A stretch of DNA of 63,331 nt, the filler included, from Basidiobolus ranarum (lineage: Eukaryota), in NCBI GenBank assembly GCA_040143965.1. It is 42 parts of 42 records of this genome, joined end to end, with 100 filler letters (N's around TTAATTAATTAA, not from the genome) between each part and the next. Parts side by side here need not be neighbours in the genome. Positions count along the whole stretch, not along the records: positions 61,928 to 63,331 come from JASJQH010005288.1; 41 more parts are not named here. One strand, given 5' to 3'. The notes beneath the pieces are model-generated. The model was not told where the DNA came from, did no database searches, and saw nothing but the letters and a program-made list of their open reading frames with translations. The stretch's first letter is position 1; every line of letters starts with the position of its first letter. Both the position numbers and the translations under genes were made by a program. This document shows, in pieces, positions 61,928-63,331 of the stretch.

Positions 61928-62287
61928 AGCCAACTCCAAAGCCCAAGAGTGAGAAGGAACCAGAACCAAGATAGTGTAATTCGTAATAGTAGTCAGACCC
62001 ATAGGAATTGTACTGAGCATTAAACTTTGATGATGCTTGAGCAACAGGGGAATCGTCTCCGGGAACATCACCATTCTAGCCACAAATAGTAAGGTAAAGA
62101 GAGAGAACATACAGACGTTAGCCAAGAAGAAGATCGAACCGATGACGACCATACCGCGGAATGGGAAAGGGAAGTTAGCAATGACAATGCCTGTAATGCC
62201 TGTACCCATATTGACAGCAAACCATCCTGGAATGAAACCTCTAACAATATCGCGAGGGTGCTTTAGCTCAGAAAAGAAGCCTTTCAT
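61928..62287 (-). CDS. TDT/SLAC1-family transporter (Mae1/Ssu1-like), 5' end
   Basis: FIPGWFAVNMGTGI and LSTIPMGLTTI motifs. Confidence 0.92.
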
Positions 62288-63024
62288 TGTAAGTTTTAGA
62301 AGTAGCAGAACAATGTACTAACCATGAGCTAAACAGATCAGTATTTATACTGAACAAAGATCAACAAAGGTCGTTGTACTGTATCAAAGAAAACTAGAAA
62401 AATCTACTCACCTCCAACCTAATTAGCTAGCCGATCGTTCGATGTCACAACTGTTGTGAGAAGATTTATTGCATTAAAACGGAAATCTGACCAACACTCC
62501 CATCGATTTGACAACCTGTTCCCTAAAAAGAGAAATACGAAGGAAAGCTTACCCATGATTGATTTTTAAGTGAAGAAACCGTATAGGTTTACCCGATTTC
62601 AATGATTAATTCAGGTATATTGTTTCCTCTTACCCTGGTATGGTCAACATTAGATCCTATAAACGGTATATCAGCTACCTCGCTTAATTATCACATACCA
62701 TGTGGGATTATATTCCGTACCAAATCTGTTCTTTTTTCCAAAACAGAGAAGTGTTTGATTGTTTTGAATGTGCTGCATGCACCCAATCTAACCCTAATTT
62801 CTTCTCCATATCTTGCTTTTGTTACGCATGGAAATAAAGTGACCATACTTAGTGTTTAGTCCCGTGGGGCTACGTTACCCACTGGCCGTTTTGAAGATCC
62901 CTTTTACATCTCACTGATCCAACAGAATACGTATAGAAAAGATATTTTATTAACAATGAGTCTAAATTTTCATGAAAGAAATACAATTATTTAATAGTCT
63001 ATGGGAATAATATGGGGTATTTGC

Positions 63025-63331
63025 TTATTTTCTCTGCGATTGCATCTCAGGATCAGAGTTTGGTCGAGTAGGTGCAGGCACAGACTGAAGACAAGGTGCG
63101 TTAAAGACAGCACCAGAGTATACTCCACGTAGAGTGTGAATGGCTACAGTGAACCAATTGAGAACCAACCAACAGACAAAGAATGATGTCAACCCATGGA
63201 AGAACCGAGAGTGGGTAGCTATAGCGATGTTGAGAGTACCAGCTGTAAACACACCGAGGGGGAAAGTAAGTCCCCACCATCCCATATTATAGGAAAGTGT
63301 CTGCCGTCTGACCACCATCGAAGTCACAGCA
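63025..63331 (-). CDS. TDT/SLAC1-family transporter, 3' end of the upstream paralog
   Basis: YNMGWWGLTFPLGVF...VFNAPCL. Confidence 0.92.
   Translation of the reverse strand, partial: AVTSMVVRRQTLSYNMGWWGLTFPLGVFTAGTLNIAIATHSRFFHGLTSFFVCWLVLNWFTVAIHTLRGVYSGAVFNAPCLQSVPAPTRPNSDPEMQSQRK

Overview
This window is not a continuous locus. It is 42 short assembly contigs (about 1417 down to 1404 bp, size-sorted) joined by 100-nt artificial linkers (N44-TTAATTAATTAA-N44), so no synteny can be read across linkers. The content is eukaryotic and fungal. An early-diverging fungus such as Basidiobolus is my inference from intron-poor genes, CBM18 and CBM5/12 chitin modules, ATP-type PEPCK, uricase and a TDT transporter. 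About three quarters of the contigs are decayed, CpG-depleted, nested transposons: at least four Ty1/Copia LTR families, a Ty3/Gypsy element, a high-copy CMC/EnSpm (Transposase_21-like) DNA transposon with CCCTAACARAAAT termini, a Harbinger/ISL2EU-like DDE transposase and Tourist-like MITEs. One contig (7582-8996) looks mitochondrial, with trnA, trnM/I(CAU) and trnY embedded in extreme poly-G/poly-C hairpins. Host gene fragments are tandem PCK1 copies, tandem TDT transporters, a chitin deacetylase with one in-frame TGA, uricase and SDR pseudogenes, and several secreted or low-complexity protein ends. The most notable item is a 282-bp TG...CA solo LTR with a perfect 5-bp target-site duplication that carries a 73-nt tRNA-like cassette with intact Pol III A and B boxes (36466-36747). 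Also notable are a Copia family with non-canonical TG...TA LTR ends and two different initiator-tRNA priming modes among the Copia families.
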